DNA from: Basidioascus undulatus
Lineage: Eukaryota
DNA length: 64,000 nucleotides
Assembly: GCA_000826855.1 (NCBI GenBank)
Contig: JTLS01000002.1
Span: 1-64,000, forward strand
Direction of reading: 5' to 3'
The notes beneath the pieces were generated by a model. That model was not told the origin of the DNA, did no database searches, and saw nothing but the letters and a program-made list of their open reading frames with translations. The position numbers and the translations under genes were made by a program. Numbering within the stretch: the stretch's first letter is position 1; every line of letters begins with the position of its first letter. Positions 36,709-56,432 of this stretch are shown here, in pieces.

Positions 36709-38477
36709 ATGACCGCCACAGCACCCGCGACGGCCTTCCCGCCTTGGCGGACACTCCCCGTATGCCTTTCGCAGCTGTCCCTGCCCATCGTCCTCCGCTC
36801 AGGGCAGTCCTTCCGCGTGCGTCTTCCTTCGTCTCCCTCCCTCTCCCAACCCGCTCCCCTCACTCTCTCTTCTTCTCCTAGTGGTCCCACCATCCTACCT
36901 ACACCCTCTCCGAGCCAGCCGAGTTTTCCTACGCGCTCCCCAACCGCACGCTCATCCTCCGCCAGCTGCCCGCGCAAGGCGAGCTGCACTACCGCTCGAT
37001 CCCCTCCCCCGCCGACCCGGACGAGGACGAGCGCTGGCTGCGCGACTACCTGTCCCTGGACGTGGACCTTAAGGCGCTCTATGAGGAGTGGGCTGGGCGG
37101 GACAGCGTGTTTGCCGAGGTGCGCAGGTTGGGGAGGTTCGAGGGCGTCACGATGCTCAGGCAGCCGCCGTGGGAGTGTTTGGTCTCGTGCGTCTGTCCTC
37201 TTCTCCCCCTTCCCTTAGCCCTGCTTTCTTACATTGCCATATAATCCATTCCAAGATTCATCTGTTCCTCAAACAACAACATCCCCCGCATAACACTAAT
37301 GATCTCGCGCCTCTCGTCGCACTTCTCCCCCGCGCACCCCTCCGTCCCCGCCCCTTACGCCGCGCACCCCTTCCCGCCGCCCTCCGTCCTGGCGACGCCC
37401 ACGGCCGAGCAAACCCTACGCGAGCTCGGCTTCGGCTACCGCGCAAAGTACGTCGTGGGCACGGCGCGGATGCTGCTCGACGACGCGCACGGGAAGGGCA
37501 GCGACGAGGGCGCGCTCAAGTGGCTCAAGGCGCTCCGGAAGAGGCCGGGCGAGGAGGTCAGGGAGGAGCTTATCAAGTTCGCGGGTGTTGGACCGAAGGT
37601 TGGGGACTGCGTGGCGCTCATGTGCTTGGACCAGGTGCGCTCGCCCTCTTTCCCCTCTTTCTCCATCTTCTGAGACTCACTACTCCCCCCTCGCAGCGCG
37701 ACGCGATCCCCGTCGACACGCACGTCTGGCAGATTGCCGTGCGGGACTACGCCTTCCTCTCCTCGCCCTACGCCGCGCGCGCCGTCGCGCCCTCCGCGTC
37801 CCCCTTCCCTTCCACGAAGAATAAGAAGCCGCGGAAGCCCGCGAAGCTCACGAAAGACAGCTCGATCACGCCCGCAGTGTACAAGGCCGTCGGTGACATG
37901 TTCCGCGACCGGTGGGGCGAGTGGGCGGGCTGGGCGCACTCGGTGCGTCGTTCTCGCTCTTCTCCTATTTTCCTCCTCGTCCTCTCTTGAACCAACTCCC
38001 GCTGATCTTCACACAAAAATCAACCAGGTCCTCTTCGCCGCCGACCTCAAAGCGTTCCAATCGCCCTCCTCACCTCCGCCCACCCCCTCCCCTTCCGAAG
38101 CACCCTCCATCCCCGCCGCCTCCGCCACCCTCCTCAGCACGACCACCGCCGTCCCTGCCACGCCCTCACTCTCTTCATCCCCAACCCCCACGCCCGCGAA
38201 CAAGCGCCGCGCCCCAAACACACCGGCTGCGAGACGCGCACCCAAGCGCACCCGCTCCGGTGCGGACGAGGAGGGGCAGGGACCGCCGAGCACGCCGATG
38301 AAGGAGGAGAAGGAGGAGAGGGATGAGAGGGATGACGGACCGTACCCGACGCCTAGGGCGACGCCTGCGTCGGCGGCTGCGGGTGTGGAGGTTGGAGGGG
38401 AGGGAGCGAGTCTGGCGGAGCGGATCAAGTTGCGTCGAGGACGGAGCGGGAGGAGCGGCACCAGCGGGAGGGGCTGA
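36709..38477 (+). CDS. OGG1: 8-oxoguanine DNA glycosylase
   Basis: LSLPIVLRSGQSFR|W; LRQPPWECLVS|FICSSNNNIPRITLMI; LGFGYRAKYV; HhH motif GVGPKVGDCV with catalytic Lys; IPVDTHVWQIA with catalytic Asp; WGEWAGWAHS|VLF. Confidence 0.96.
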
Positions 38478-38862
38478 GGGGATGGGTAGATATGTTTGGG
38501 TTTGGGGGCGGAGAATGTGCTGGAACGTCTCGGGATGCTATCCATTGGGATTTTTTGGTAGACTAAGGTGGTGTGGACGCGATGGAGAGGGAGCGGTTAA
38601 TGAGAGAAGCGGTTGGGCGGAGGGGTGTGCGTGATATGTTCTGGACACGCTTAATCGATTTTTACGACTCCGGTCTACCGAGGAAGAGCATATATCTATC
38701 TTTTCGTCATGCCCAAAGACCGTAAATGGCGACAGCAAGAAACGCAGTGAGATGCATTATAGCTCAGTTCAGCTTTCGAGTAACGACCCAGAATAGGCAA
38801 TACTAGCTTTTCGAAGTACAGTGTTTGCTTTACATATGATTCAAGAGTCTTAGATGAAACTT

Positions 38863-41010
38863 TCAGGCCGCCACAGCGTTGAAGAGGGCGTCGAGCTTGG
38901 TCTTGTACTGCAGCTCCGCCTTGCCGCGGTGCACGACCTCCTTGACATTCCGAGAGAGGCATCTGCAACAAACATATCAGCACGCACCCACCAAAGAAGA
39001 CCGACAAGACGCGCTCAGAAGGCTCCTTTCCCCAAGCCTTAGCAAGCCGGTTTGGGTCGCTGGACAGGACGAATCCAGCTGTGGTACAGGAGCACCGACA
39101 TCATAAATGGACTCGAAATATTTGCAGAAGAATCAGGCTCTGCTCACCCTCGGTCGTGCCGAACGTGACCAGGAACTTCATGGCGTGCGAGATGCACAGC
39201 TTGGCCACCGATCGCTCGACACGCGAGCCGCCGACGGGGATGGGGCGGATCCGCCTCATGAGGTCTTTGCGGCTGGAGGATAATAGACAGAAGTTCAGCC
39301 ATTTCTCTCAACGTGCGTCTCATCACATGCCGAGGAGATTAGAGCTCACACTTCCAGACGGGCAGGGTCCTCACCGGCAGGTGGGCGGGTGAAGTAGCTG
39401 GCGATGTTGCTGAGTTCGGCAGCCTACACACAAGATCCAGCTGTCAGAATAATTAAGTGAAGAAAGTATGAGTTTGAGTTACAAAGATCGAATACTTCAC
39501 TGAATAGGAGCAAGCGGTGAGCGGGCCCGGGTTTCCATTCGCTGAGGGAAAGAGAAGACGTACTGGTGTTGCTCTCGAGTAGGTCGTCGAGTAGATCTCG
39601 GTGACAGTCAAGTTGCTTGAGCGGAAGCGGGGGAATGCAACCGGGCCATCCAGCTCCGAGGAAGAGAAACCTGCAGACGAAGGACGTATCAGCAGCACTG
39701 AATGCTTGAAGAGCAAGTGAGAGGACGCACTTGAGGACATATGCCCTAGAAGCACTCTAGCAAACAATATCAATACAATAGCTCTCTCAGACCTCCTGCA
39801 GGACATTTACGAGGGGGGCAATGGCGAAACGCTCCTTCGAAATGAAAACGACACGCTCGTCCGCAACGGCGTCGAACTGCCGCCGCTCCGATTGGAAAGA
39901 GCCGCTCTCGTGAATCTTGATCGGCAATTTGGACTACAAACACAGGCTTGAGTCTCTTATTCTTCAAAACATACTCGTCACACTTACCCAGATCGGGTCG
40001 GCGTTCGCGAACGGCGCCTTTCACAGCCGTCGAGCGCAATGTTGCGCCTGTGGACGACAGTCAAGTCAGCTTTGCTAATATCCAACGAAAAGTGGTTCGG
40101 TTTCCATACTTGATCTGGTTAAAGATCGAGCGGTTTCGCCGAGGGACGAGCTGCAAGATCGGCAGAGCGTCAGCCGGTCCGCTTTTTTCGGGAGGGGTGA
40201 AATGCAGACCTTCGGGGCAGAGGTTGAGCCAGTGGAGTGCATGGTGATTGTGGGGCAGTGGGGAGGTGTGGTGTGCAAGACAACATGAAAGTTAAATACA
40301 GCTGTCGAGATTTGAGAAGAACGCATTCGGGAGTCGAAGGGTGGTGAACGCCATTGGTGAATCTGCAGAATGAAATCATTCAGTTTACGGCATCTTGAAT
40401 ACGGTAGAGTTTACTTGCATATCCTCCTGAGACCTCACCCAGGGCATTCTTGATGCCCTCGGGGTGGTTCGCAGGCTTCAGGCAGCCGATGTCAACATGC
40501 GAGCTCTCACCCTAAGGGAAGGACTCACTAGGACACCTGCTCGCCATCTGGAAGCTCCTAGACCGTAATTTTGACCTTCTCCGCCTGGGCTTTCATGTCG
40601 GGGACGGGGCGCTAGCGGTGGGCGTAAGCCGAAGGTCCAGGAAGAGGGAGCGAGCAGGGTCAAGTCGTCCCTGGAGGTACTTCCCACCCACGACAATGAT
40701 CTTTGTCCCAGCCTTTTGCGCAATCTCGATGACTGATTCAGGGGGAAGGAAGGGGTTTGTGGCCTGGGAGCGGATCAGCCGTAGTGCATACCGCATAACG
40801 AGTCGCAACGCTCACAATGACAGACAATCCCGCTGCGTTCAAAGCAAGGAGGGGAGCGAAGGAGGCTGAGCATAAATCCGTCAGCTTCAAGCATTGTTAC
40901 GGATCTTTTGAGATGAAGGAAGTGGTTGTACGCACGAGAAACCAGGAGGTTAGCCACCGGAGCGTTGCCGGCATCGCGGAGCGAACTCTCGACGAGCTCG
41001 CTCCGCCAAG
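38863..41010 (-). pseudogene. Degenerate adenylate-forming (AMP-binding, NRPS-like A-domain) gene
   Basis: Spliced fragments LLALNAAGLSVI|ATNPFLPPESVIEIAQKAGTKIIVV; A3-like MHSTGSTSAPK (40210-40242); A8-like ADERVVFISKERFAIAPLVNVLQE|SASRAYVLK|FLFLGAGWPG; A10-like RNVKEVVHRGKAELQYKTKLDALF. Stops near 40593 and downstream, a frameshift near 40020, and the A4-A7 region is missing. Confidence 0.72.
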
Positions 41011-41284
41011 GGTGTTGTCGCCTACGACATCGTCGAGCCCCACACCTGCACCAGCGCGACCGGCACCACCGTCAGACTGTGCGGTTAATCGAGTGTCAGT
41101 AGATACATAGGAGAAGCGGTGGGGAGAAGGGCGGGGGGGAGGAACGACTCACAGCGCTACCGCTGCCGGAGTTGTTGCCGTCCCGTGCTTGACATTCGTA
41201 TACGAGCGCCGCAGCGGCGAGGGTAACGAGGGCGAGACAGGCGAGGAGGAGAGACTTGATGGAGGATGATAAGCGGGTATGCAG
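40936..41284 (-). other. Signal-peptide-like exon plus Gly-rich exon with no ATG (secreted-protein gene remnant)
   Basis: Exon 41153-41284 LHTRLSSSIKSLLLACLALVTLAAAALVYECQARDGNNSGSGSA, clean GTGAGT..CTGAC..ACAG intron 41077-41152, next exon SDGGAGRAGAGVGLDDVVGDNTLGG. No in-frame ATG before an upstream TAG. Confidence 0.45.
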
Positions 41285-42509
41285 CGAGAAGTGATTATGA
41301 GAGGACCAAGAAGGACGGGACGGGGCCGTGTGCGCGGGAGGAAGAGATCCAAGCTACTGCAACCGGGAGAGTGGATGAAGGGGTAAATGTGAAGTGGGTC
41401 GAAGGAGGGGCAGAACGTGCTGATGGTGGTTTTGATCTTATGTGGAGCATCCTCACTCCAGCACGCAGGGTTGGGCACACTCTTCATTCACCGTTAGCAT
41501 ACGTTGACGGCGCAGCTTCCTGGCGTTTTAACGGCGGTCCAACTTGGTCCAACTTTGGATAGCTTGGCAGGAGTAGGCCGTCCTTTGAAGATCGTTTTAC
41601 AACGACAAGCTGTTTCGCGTCGTAGCGCTGCTTACGACAGACCGCCATTGAACATTGATGCTCATTATTACCCTGCGTCGGCAATCAACCTCTTCACTCC
41701 ACTCGCCTTCCCGGTTCCCATCGTCGATCCTGCGTCCTGGCCGTCGGGACCACTCCCCACAGGCTCGATCTGTGAAGTTATTATTGTTGAGCTGATCCAC
41801 GCAGGGTCGGACCCGCTAACCGAGCAGTCGGTTGCTGCGCCGTTCCGGGAGCATCCCGCTTCGTCAACTTCGTCTCTTCGCTTTCGAGGAACTGTCGATC
41901 AATGTCGATCTTACTTTTCTCGACTGCTTGATGTCATAATCGGGTCCCTATACCTGCAGTATGATATGCTGTACACCATGCGGCAACCGCGAGCGGAGAA
42001 GACGCGGGCGGTCTTGGGGAGGCGAGTAAAGGAAGACGACCGAAATTCACCCAGTCTTGAGAGGGACACCGCTCACTCAGGTTACTCAAATTGACTTGCT
42101 TCAATTCGTCCTCATATTCGCTATAGTGAACCCTCTCGTGCTTATCGCTTCTGCGCCGAGGGTCGAACACGACGGATCCCCTCTCGGCGCCTTCGTCCGG
42201 CTCTCCGCCAACTGACCCCCCTTCCGACTTCTTCGTCTCGCCTGGTCATCCCACCTCGGCGTCAGTCGGCGCACATTCCCACTCCCAAACCTCCTTTCAG
42301 GCGAAGGGGCGCGCGCACCGAGCCCGCGGCATACCGCCTTCCGCATCTCCGTCCCCGGATGTGTTCCAACACGCAACGGCTACCTTGTCCCCCGGCGGAC
42401 AACCTCCCTCGTGCCGGCGCGTACGACCTCGCTCGGTATCTCCCCCACCGGCGGGATCTTCAATAGCGCTGATGCCGTCGACCTCTATCCCTATCGCTAC
42501 TCCTCCTCT

Positions 42510-44260
42510 ATGATCTCGACATCGGAGGGTACCTCTCCCCGCGGCCGAGCATCTCGCGCTCTCGCTTCGTGCATACGTGCCGTTCGCGCCGCTCGCGCTG
42601 CTCGCGCCGGACGGCCGAGACGGACGAGAACGACGGGGAGTTCATCTCGGCGCGGTCGGGGAACAGCTTGGAGGACGGGGACGAGGCGGACTAGGACGGA
42701 GCGCGGGAGGAACGACTCGGAGACACGGACAAGGACAAGGGCATCTTCCCGCTTCTACGATTTGCGGCATCCTTTGAGACAGCGCTTATGGCTCTCGGAA
42801 TCGTCGCTGCGCTCGGGGCGGGCGTGTGCAGGCCGATCGTGACGCTCATCTTTGGTGTTTTTTTTTTCTTTTTTTTCCCTCACTCCCTCCTCACCTCTCA
42901 TCGTCTTCGCATGCCTGATCACATTTGAGCTAATGCTGATTGGATTGGGCTCGTGCAGACCGTCTCAACATCCCTTACCCAAGGCGCCAACTCCGGGAAC
43001 GCGGCGCAGGCGCTACGCGACACAGCGAGCAAGCAGGCGCTTTATGTTCTACCTTGGTGTGCCTTATAATCCAACAACATAGCACCGTTAGCACTTGCTT
43101 TACAAAGGAATCGCCTCGCACGTTCTGCGAGAGTCAACAGCTCCGACGCGCGCAGTCGGAAAGCTCATCCGTCCTTTGCATGTCTTTCACGTTCATGTGG
43201 AGTGCGTCCCTTTCTAATCTCTGCGCATGCGATCCGGTACCCCAAGCGCAATCCTGACTGGCGATCTCCAAAATGCAGTCTTCTCTCTTACCAGCGAGCG
43301 CATCAGTCGCACAATCTGGGTCGCCTACCTGCGCTGTGTGTTTCCTCTCTTCCTTCCCGTCCTCTCTCAATTGACTCATTCCGCCAAGATGGAGAGTTCT
43401 TCTACCGTACAGGTGCGGGTCATGTTGCCTCGCGCCTGCAGGGCAGCCTCGCACTCGTACAGACGGCGTGTCGGAGAAGCTCCCACTCTGTACCGTGTAC
43501 CTAAGCAACTTCGTCGCAGGCTTCGTCGTCGCGCTCGCAACAGAGTGGAGATTTGCTTTGGCACTGTGTAAAATGGTGAGTGGACAAGTCAAGGGGTCAA
43601 AGAGTAGTGTGAAGGTGAAGACAAGCTGATGCGGATGAGGGCGTGGCGGGCAGCTGCCGTGCATCTTCGTGTCGGTTAGCTTGATGAAGGTATGTTCTTG
43701 CTCACGACCTTCACGGTTTAGTTAATGCTCACTACTGCCCTCAACCATAGCATTTCAGCGCCAAACACGGCAAGTATGTGTTAACCTCGTCTTTTCTTGT
43801 GCGCCTTCCTCTCCACCTCTTTCTCAACCCTCCACCTCCGTGCTCCTCCCGTCCCTAGGCTCGCTCGACCAGCTCGGTCAGGCCTCCTCGGTCGCGGAGG
43901 AGGTCTCCTCGACCTTGCGCACCGTCCGCGCTTTCGGAAGCGAAGCCGCCCTCACGGAGATTTACGAGGCGCACCTTCTTGGAGCGTCGACCACGGGGCT
44001 TGCAAGTCCTGCGCTTTGAAACCATTTATCTGACTCGTCTTTTGTCGGACAGTGCCATCGCCCATCGTATCGCTTCGATGTGAGTAGCGTTATGCGGCTT
44101 TGGGACGGATGGGGATATGAATCTGACCCTCGCACCCAACAGTCAACACGCGGACGTCATCTTTGTCACGGACCGCAGCAAAATCGCGGAGTCCGGCACG
44201 CATCTCGAACTGCTAGGCAAGCGGAGGAGATACTTCGATCTCGTTCGAGACCAGATGTAG
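42510..44260 (+). pseudogene. ABCB (MDR/P-glycoprotein-type) transporter relic with a large internal deletion
   Basis: GIFPLLRFAASFETALMALGIVAALGAGVCRPIVTLIF; TSERISRTIWVAYLR; DGVSEKLPL...FVAGFVVALATEWRFALAL; VAEEVSSTLRTVRAFG; then directly AIAHRIAS|IQHADVIFV...ESGTHLELL...YFDLVRDQM*. In-frame TAG at 42692 and frameshifts. No Walker A or LSGGQ seen. Confidence 0.85.
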
Positions 44261-44807
44261 TTTTCCCTGTTACACTCGCTTAGCATTTTATTATTTTAAT
44301 TGATGACTATCGACTTCCTAGAGTCTCTGCTCTCGTTGGCATGCTTCGAAGCAAATCGGCAGAACCGCTGCTCACAAGGCGTCCATCGAAACCGTGATAA
44401 TTCCGTCCGAAAGACTATCTCTCTTTCGAAGCAGCAGTACGACCAAGTAATGAAAAGTGAATTTCCGTATTGATACAGCCAAACTCCCGGTCACTTCGCT
44501 TTCGCGCGCTTGACCGTGCGCCCCATCCTGAACCTGCGCCTGGGCCCAAGGCCACACCTACTGCGACGCTAAGATGGGAACCCGGCGAAATGCCAGACTC
44601 TCCTGCCTGGAATAGAGGTCGCGTACTGTTCGGTGCCCAAACAGGCTCCGGAAATAGAGCCCGCCAAGAGCCTGCGTATGGGGTGAAGATGAGTGAGTGA
44701 TTCAAGTCTTGCGTCCCAGATCCACGGGCAAAGCAGAACCTGCCACACTAGTCAGGCTAGAGAACAAGTCGGATTTTCAAGGTGGGCTTGTCGGTTGCCA
44801 AGTACGT

Positions 44808-45491
44808 CTAAACACACAGTAGAACTTGAGCTGTTGGAAAGTTGGTCGCTCATACTCGCCATGAAGGGAGAAAGCTCACAAGAAGTCCCAGTGGGACAGC
44901 TGAAACCAATTTGAGCATCAGTTTTCATGTAGCTTCTCCGGAAGGACAGCGGAGGATCCATCCAACTGGCGTTGAGTACTCACAGCTTGCTCCGAGGTTC
45001 GTTGTAGCAAACCCATAATGCTCCGCCGCGATGCTGGCTGCGCAGTCTAGTGCCGAAGAATACGCCGAGAAACGCCGGCGGGCCCATGGAAGCAACGCAG
45101 ATGTCTGCCACCTGAACATAACAGCACTCATCAGCATCGCGCGTTATCGATAGGCAACAGGAGGTGAACGTTGACCGTACCCATACCCATGCGGGAAAGT
45201 TGATGCCCGCAAAGCTTGGCTGGCCGACATGGGCATTGTCAGCCTTACAGAGAAAATTAATATCCAAAAACCAAGAGTAAACTTGCGCATAGAGGTGAAG
45301 CAATGAGCACCCAGCTGTATCGAGGATGAAAAGTTGCCCATCAAGACAACGTCCGCAAATGGATGATCAGCGAGGACTCACAAGTGGCCTTCCTTCACGT
45401 TGTCCACAGTCGCAGAGAAGTTCCGAGTGCACCTGGCCATGTCCTCTCGCCTAGCCAGTACGCCAGCAAGCCCGTCCTCTTCTATTTTCAT
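44808..45491 (-). CDS. Putative small six-exon protein of about 113 aa, unknown function
   Basis: Exons 45491-45382, 45314-45287, 45219-45187, 45111-44984, 44899-44880 and 44830-44808 splice in frame. Donors are GTGAGT, GCAAGT, GTATGG, GTGAGT and GTGAGC. The last acceptor is the least certain. Confidence 0.45.
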
Positions 45492-46745
45492 ACTGACTCC
45501 TTAAGCTGACTTTTCTGCGGTTGAAGTTGCCGGACACCGCCGCAGAGTGTTGCGCGGCGTGGTTGTGGAGAACGACACTGCGGCTTAGACGGGTGATAGC
45601 TGATGGGGGAAAACACCAAGGCCCCGGAAGGCTGGCTAGAAACAAAACATGGGTGCTGAGGGAATTTTGAGTAGGAGGTCGGCGTTGGCTTTGAGGAATG
45701 AACCACAAGCGGAGGCACCCAGATTTACAACGGGACAAAAGCAAGCATATCCCTTTGAACTTTTGAACTATAGGGTCTAGCACCTGCTTAAGAGTTACAC
45801 AGACAAAGATAATGAGGGCGCAGGGGAAACGCGGAGGAGCCAAATAGAGATGTTCAGCTACGCCCTCTTGTCGGCGCGTCCCTTTGTTGTGCCGTGGCGT
45901 AGGTGAGAGAGCTGGAGCTTGAGTTTTCTCACAATGTAGTGGGTTAATATAATGCAATGAAGCTAACTTTCAAGGAGAATGCCTCAGTTTACGTTCGGAC
46001 GACGATTGAACGTGATGCAGGGCAGCTGATCATTAATTGCGCCAGTACTGTGCGCTGCTACTGTTCTTCTCATTGCCCTCACGCAGACTGCTCAAAGGAT
46101 TCATATCATATTTTTCATGAGTTGTCATCAGGATTGCCGACTATATGAGAGACGATTTGGTGCACGCTGCCAGCTTGCAGCATGCATTCCCGCCCCGCGG
46201 AAGCAGAGCCGCGGTAGTGATAACGATGCACGCCTGACGGATGTACAACCGACTCCAACTATTGAAAAGCCTACAAACATCGAGACCTCCAAAACCAAGA
46301 CCAATAATACCCCACGTCTTCTCTGATGCCGAAGTCAGGTTCTCGCTTGCACCTGGTCATGGCGTCCTTCCCTTTTCCCGTTACAGTGGCAGGCACCGAT
46401 CGTTACAACCTATCAACCTATTACAGGCTTAGTACATTATTTCGTGGAAGGAAACCGGGGTTTCAGAGTTTCCCCGTGCTTCCCTATGACGACCTAACGC
46501 TCGCGCAAATGTCCTGGTGCACGAGACCCAAGTCGGCTTCGGAGACGCTGTTTCCATTCTTTTCTTCAGCATCTCTTGCGCGTGCACAAACCAAACAAAA
46601 TTATCCGTCAAATTGATAAGAGTATCTTCGCTGAATGGAGGCGAAACAGCGCTAACAGATGTGAAGGACCCGGAATCCGCATACAAGGGAGGAAAAGCGC
46701 AGACTGGTAAAGCAAACAAGAAGTCGAAACGCAGGCCTCAACGAG

Positions 46746-48238
46746 TCAGTATCCGAGGCCCTTGGCAGTCTTCAGCACGTGGGCTTTCATCCACGGCGCA
46801 ATGGCGAAGAGATCGTCCACCGTGAGGCTCGCGTACGCTGCGCTATCGTCCGCGACGAGCGGCACGTCGTCGGGCTCGCCAGGCTGGATGAGCTGGGCGG
46901 CGATACTGTAGTGTATGAGATAATAGAAGCACATCAGCGAGCGCTTTGGAAGACCAGAAGGCGGGTAGACTCGACGCACAGGAGCGGGCCGACCCACTCC
47001 TCCGTCAGGTCGGCGTCGCCCGGCGGCGGGGCGTTCGGGTATTCGGTCTCAGAGAAGTGCGGCGTCGGGTGCGTAGGCGGTGGAATCTCCCGCCGCTTGT
47101 GCTCGGCCGGTAGTAAGCGGGTGCCGAACGAGGCAGGCGGGCTGGGCGCGCGGGGCGGCGAGAAGACGTTAATGGTGCCAGCCCTCGCCCTGCCCGGCCT
47201 GAACGCGGATCCGAGCGTAACAAACAGGTTGCCCGCGCTCCGCCTCCGCCCGGCCTGCTTCTGGGGCGCCACGCCCTCGTCAGGGTTGCTGCGCCAACGC
47301 TCCAGCCGCTGGCCCTCCTCCGCGGCGGCCGTAGCGCCATGGGGGTCGAGGAGCGCGCGCGTGGAGGGGTTGACGAAGAGCGAGCCGGAGCTGCCGCGCA
47401 CGCCGAGGACGATGATCCGCACGTCGTTCAGGCGCAGGACGGAGCGGATCCGGGTCGGGAGCGAGAACGCGTTCGCTTGCCGCTTCAGCTCGGCGAAGAT
47501 GTGCAGAGGGGAGAGGTGCCGGGACGGGGAGCGGTTTAGGGAGAGGGTGCCGGTTCGGTGGAGGAGAAGGAAGGACGTCCAGGACTCATCGGAGGTGCAG
47601 GTTACGGTGCGCCGGTGTGCGATGCGGTGAAGTAGTCTGAAAGGGTGAAAGTCGGTCGTGAGAAGACGCTGCGTAACCGCGCAGCGGCGGTGAACAAGTG
47701 AATGAACATACCGGATGAAGACCGTCCGCCAGCTGTCGTTCTTTCCCTTCCACCGAATCCAACCAGGAAGGAACCTCCTCCTGAACGCCTCCTCCCACGT
47801 CTTCTCGCCGAGCCCGGGCGGGATCTCGCAGACCTCCGCGAGCCAGCCCGCGTCGGCATGGACGAGGAGCTCGATCCAGTTCGCGCGCGGCACCCACGGG
47901 AAGCAAGCGAGCCCGGCAAGCTCGCGCGGGTAGGGCGCGTGCGCGCGGAGAAGACGAAGCAGCACAGGGCGGAAGGGGTTCAGCGAGGGGTGGGCGGCGG
48001 TGGAGAGAATGTAGGGGTGTGCGTGGCAGGCAGCGAGGAGAAACGCGAGGGGGAGGAAAGAAAGGATTGCGGTGAGCAGTTCCGGTGGAAGTAAAAGGAT
48101 GGTTGTGCGTGAGCGGGGTGGAGGCGAGTGAGGAGGAGACGGGGGCGCGGAGATGAGCTGCGAGGGTGCCACGGAAGACGCCTTGGATGCAGGAACGGAC
48201 GGGGGGGATGGCCGCGGAGGAGATTGATCCATGGACAT
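46746..48238 (-). CDS. F-box protein
   Basis: TILLLPPELLTAILSFLP F-box motif; WEEAFRRRFLPGW; spliced C-terminus ...YASLTVDDLFAIAPWMKAHVLKTAKGLGY*. Confidence 0.8.
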
Positions 48239-49270
48239 GGTGAATATGCGAGGATCGTTTACAGGGGATAAAGAGATGGTTGGGGAAAAGTGGAGAGCGT
48301 CGAAGTCGACGGTGGATCGACGAACATGAACTCCGACTGCGAGGTGACGCAGCTGATAGTGATTTAGACTCGCCCGGGCCGGACTCGGACGCCGAGCGAC
48401 TGTGCTAAGCTCGGTACCGTAAAGCAAGCGCTGCTCTTCTCCAAGACTTACGAGAGAAGACGAACAAAAGTATTCCGGTTGAGAGTCGTGCTGGCGGGAG
48501 CGATTGCGAGGAGGCCGGGAGGGAGGGCAAGGCCGAACTGAGAGAAGCGCCGCCCGGGAGGTGGAGGCCGATAAGCGGAAGAGGGGAGCTTTTGAACCCG
48601 GCTCTTCCCAAGCAACAACGTCCAGCACCCTCCCAAACAGCGTTCAAATGCGCAATGGAATGTATATGCACGGATGTGCCAGCCTCCACAGCCCCAGAAA
48701 AGCACACCTCGAGCTAGACGGCCGACCTGCGCAAGTACAACCGCGGGAGTGCGGGCGCTTGTGCCAATCGGTGTCGACGGGAAGCCCGATTGTAAGAGTA
48801 TAAGAATCCCCGGGTCGAAAGAAAGCCGTGTGGATTATTGTGTAAATATGGAAGGATATGTGAAGTGAAGGAGAGGGTTGAAAAAGGAGAAGGAACTCTT
48901 GAGGTCTCACGGACAGCTGGGACAGGGCCGGCTTTTCAGTGCAGCTTGCGCCAAATAATTAACCTGGTAGCCTGAATATCGTCTGCTCTAGTACGAAAGC
49001 ATGTATGGGGGAACCGATGAAATATTTTTGAAAGTATGTACAAGAAAAAGGCGGGTTTTTAAAGCAGACACACCTGTCAGATGCTTTAGAATGCGAAACA
49101 CATGTTCAGGGCAGGTCGGGGAGCACTTGTGCGCGAGAGCGCCCGCTTGGCCGCTCCCATCCCCTTTCACTTTCACATATCCTCACATTCACCGCCTCGG
49201 GTCTGATCGACCGGCCCATCTCTCACTCAACACTCTTTCCCGACCCTCCTCCGCTCCCCTCCCCGCATCC

Positions 49271-56432
<7,162 letters not shown>

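Noticed and set aside
41504..42094. 196-aa plus-strand ORF between the two relics
   Set aside because: Non-ATG start, no recognisable motif and no consistent exon chain could be built.
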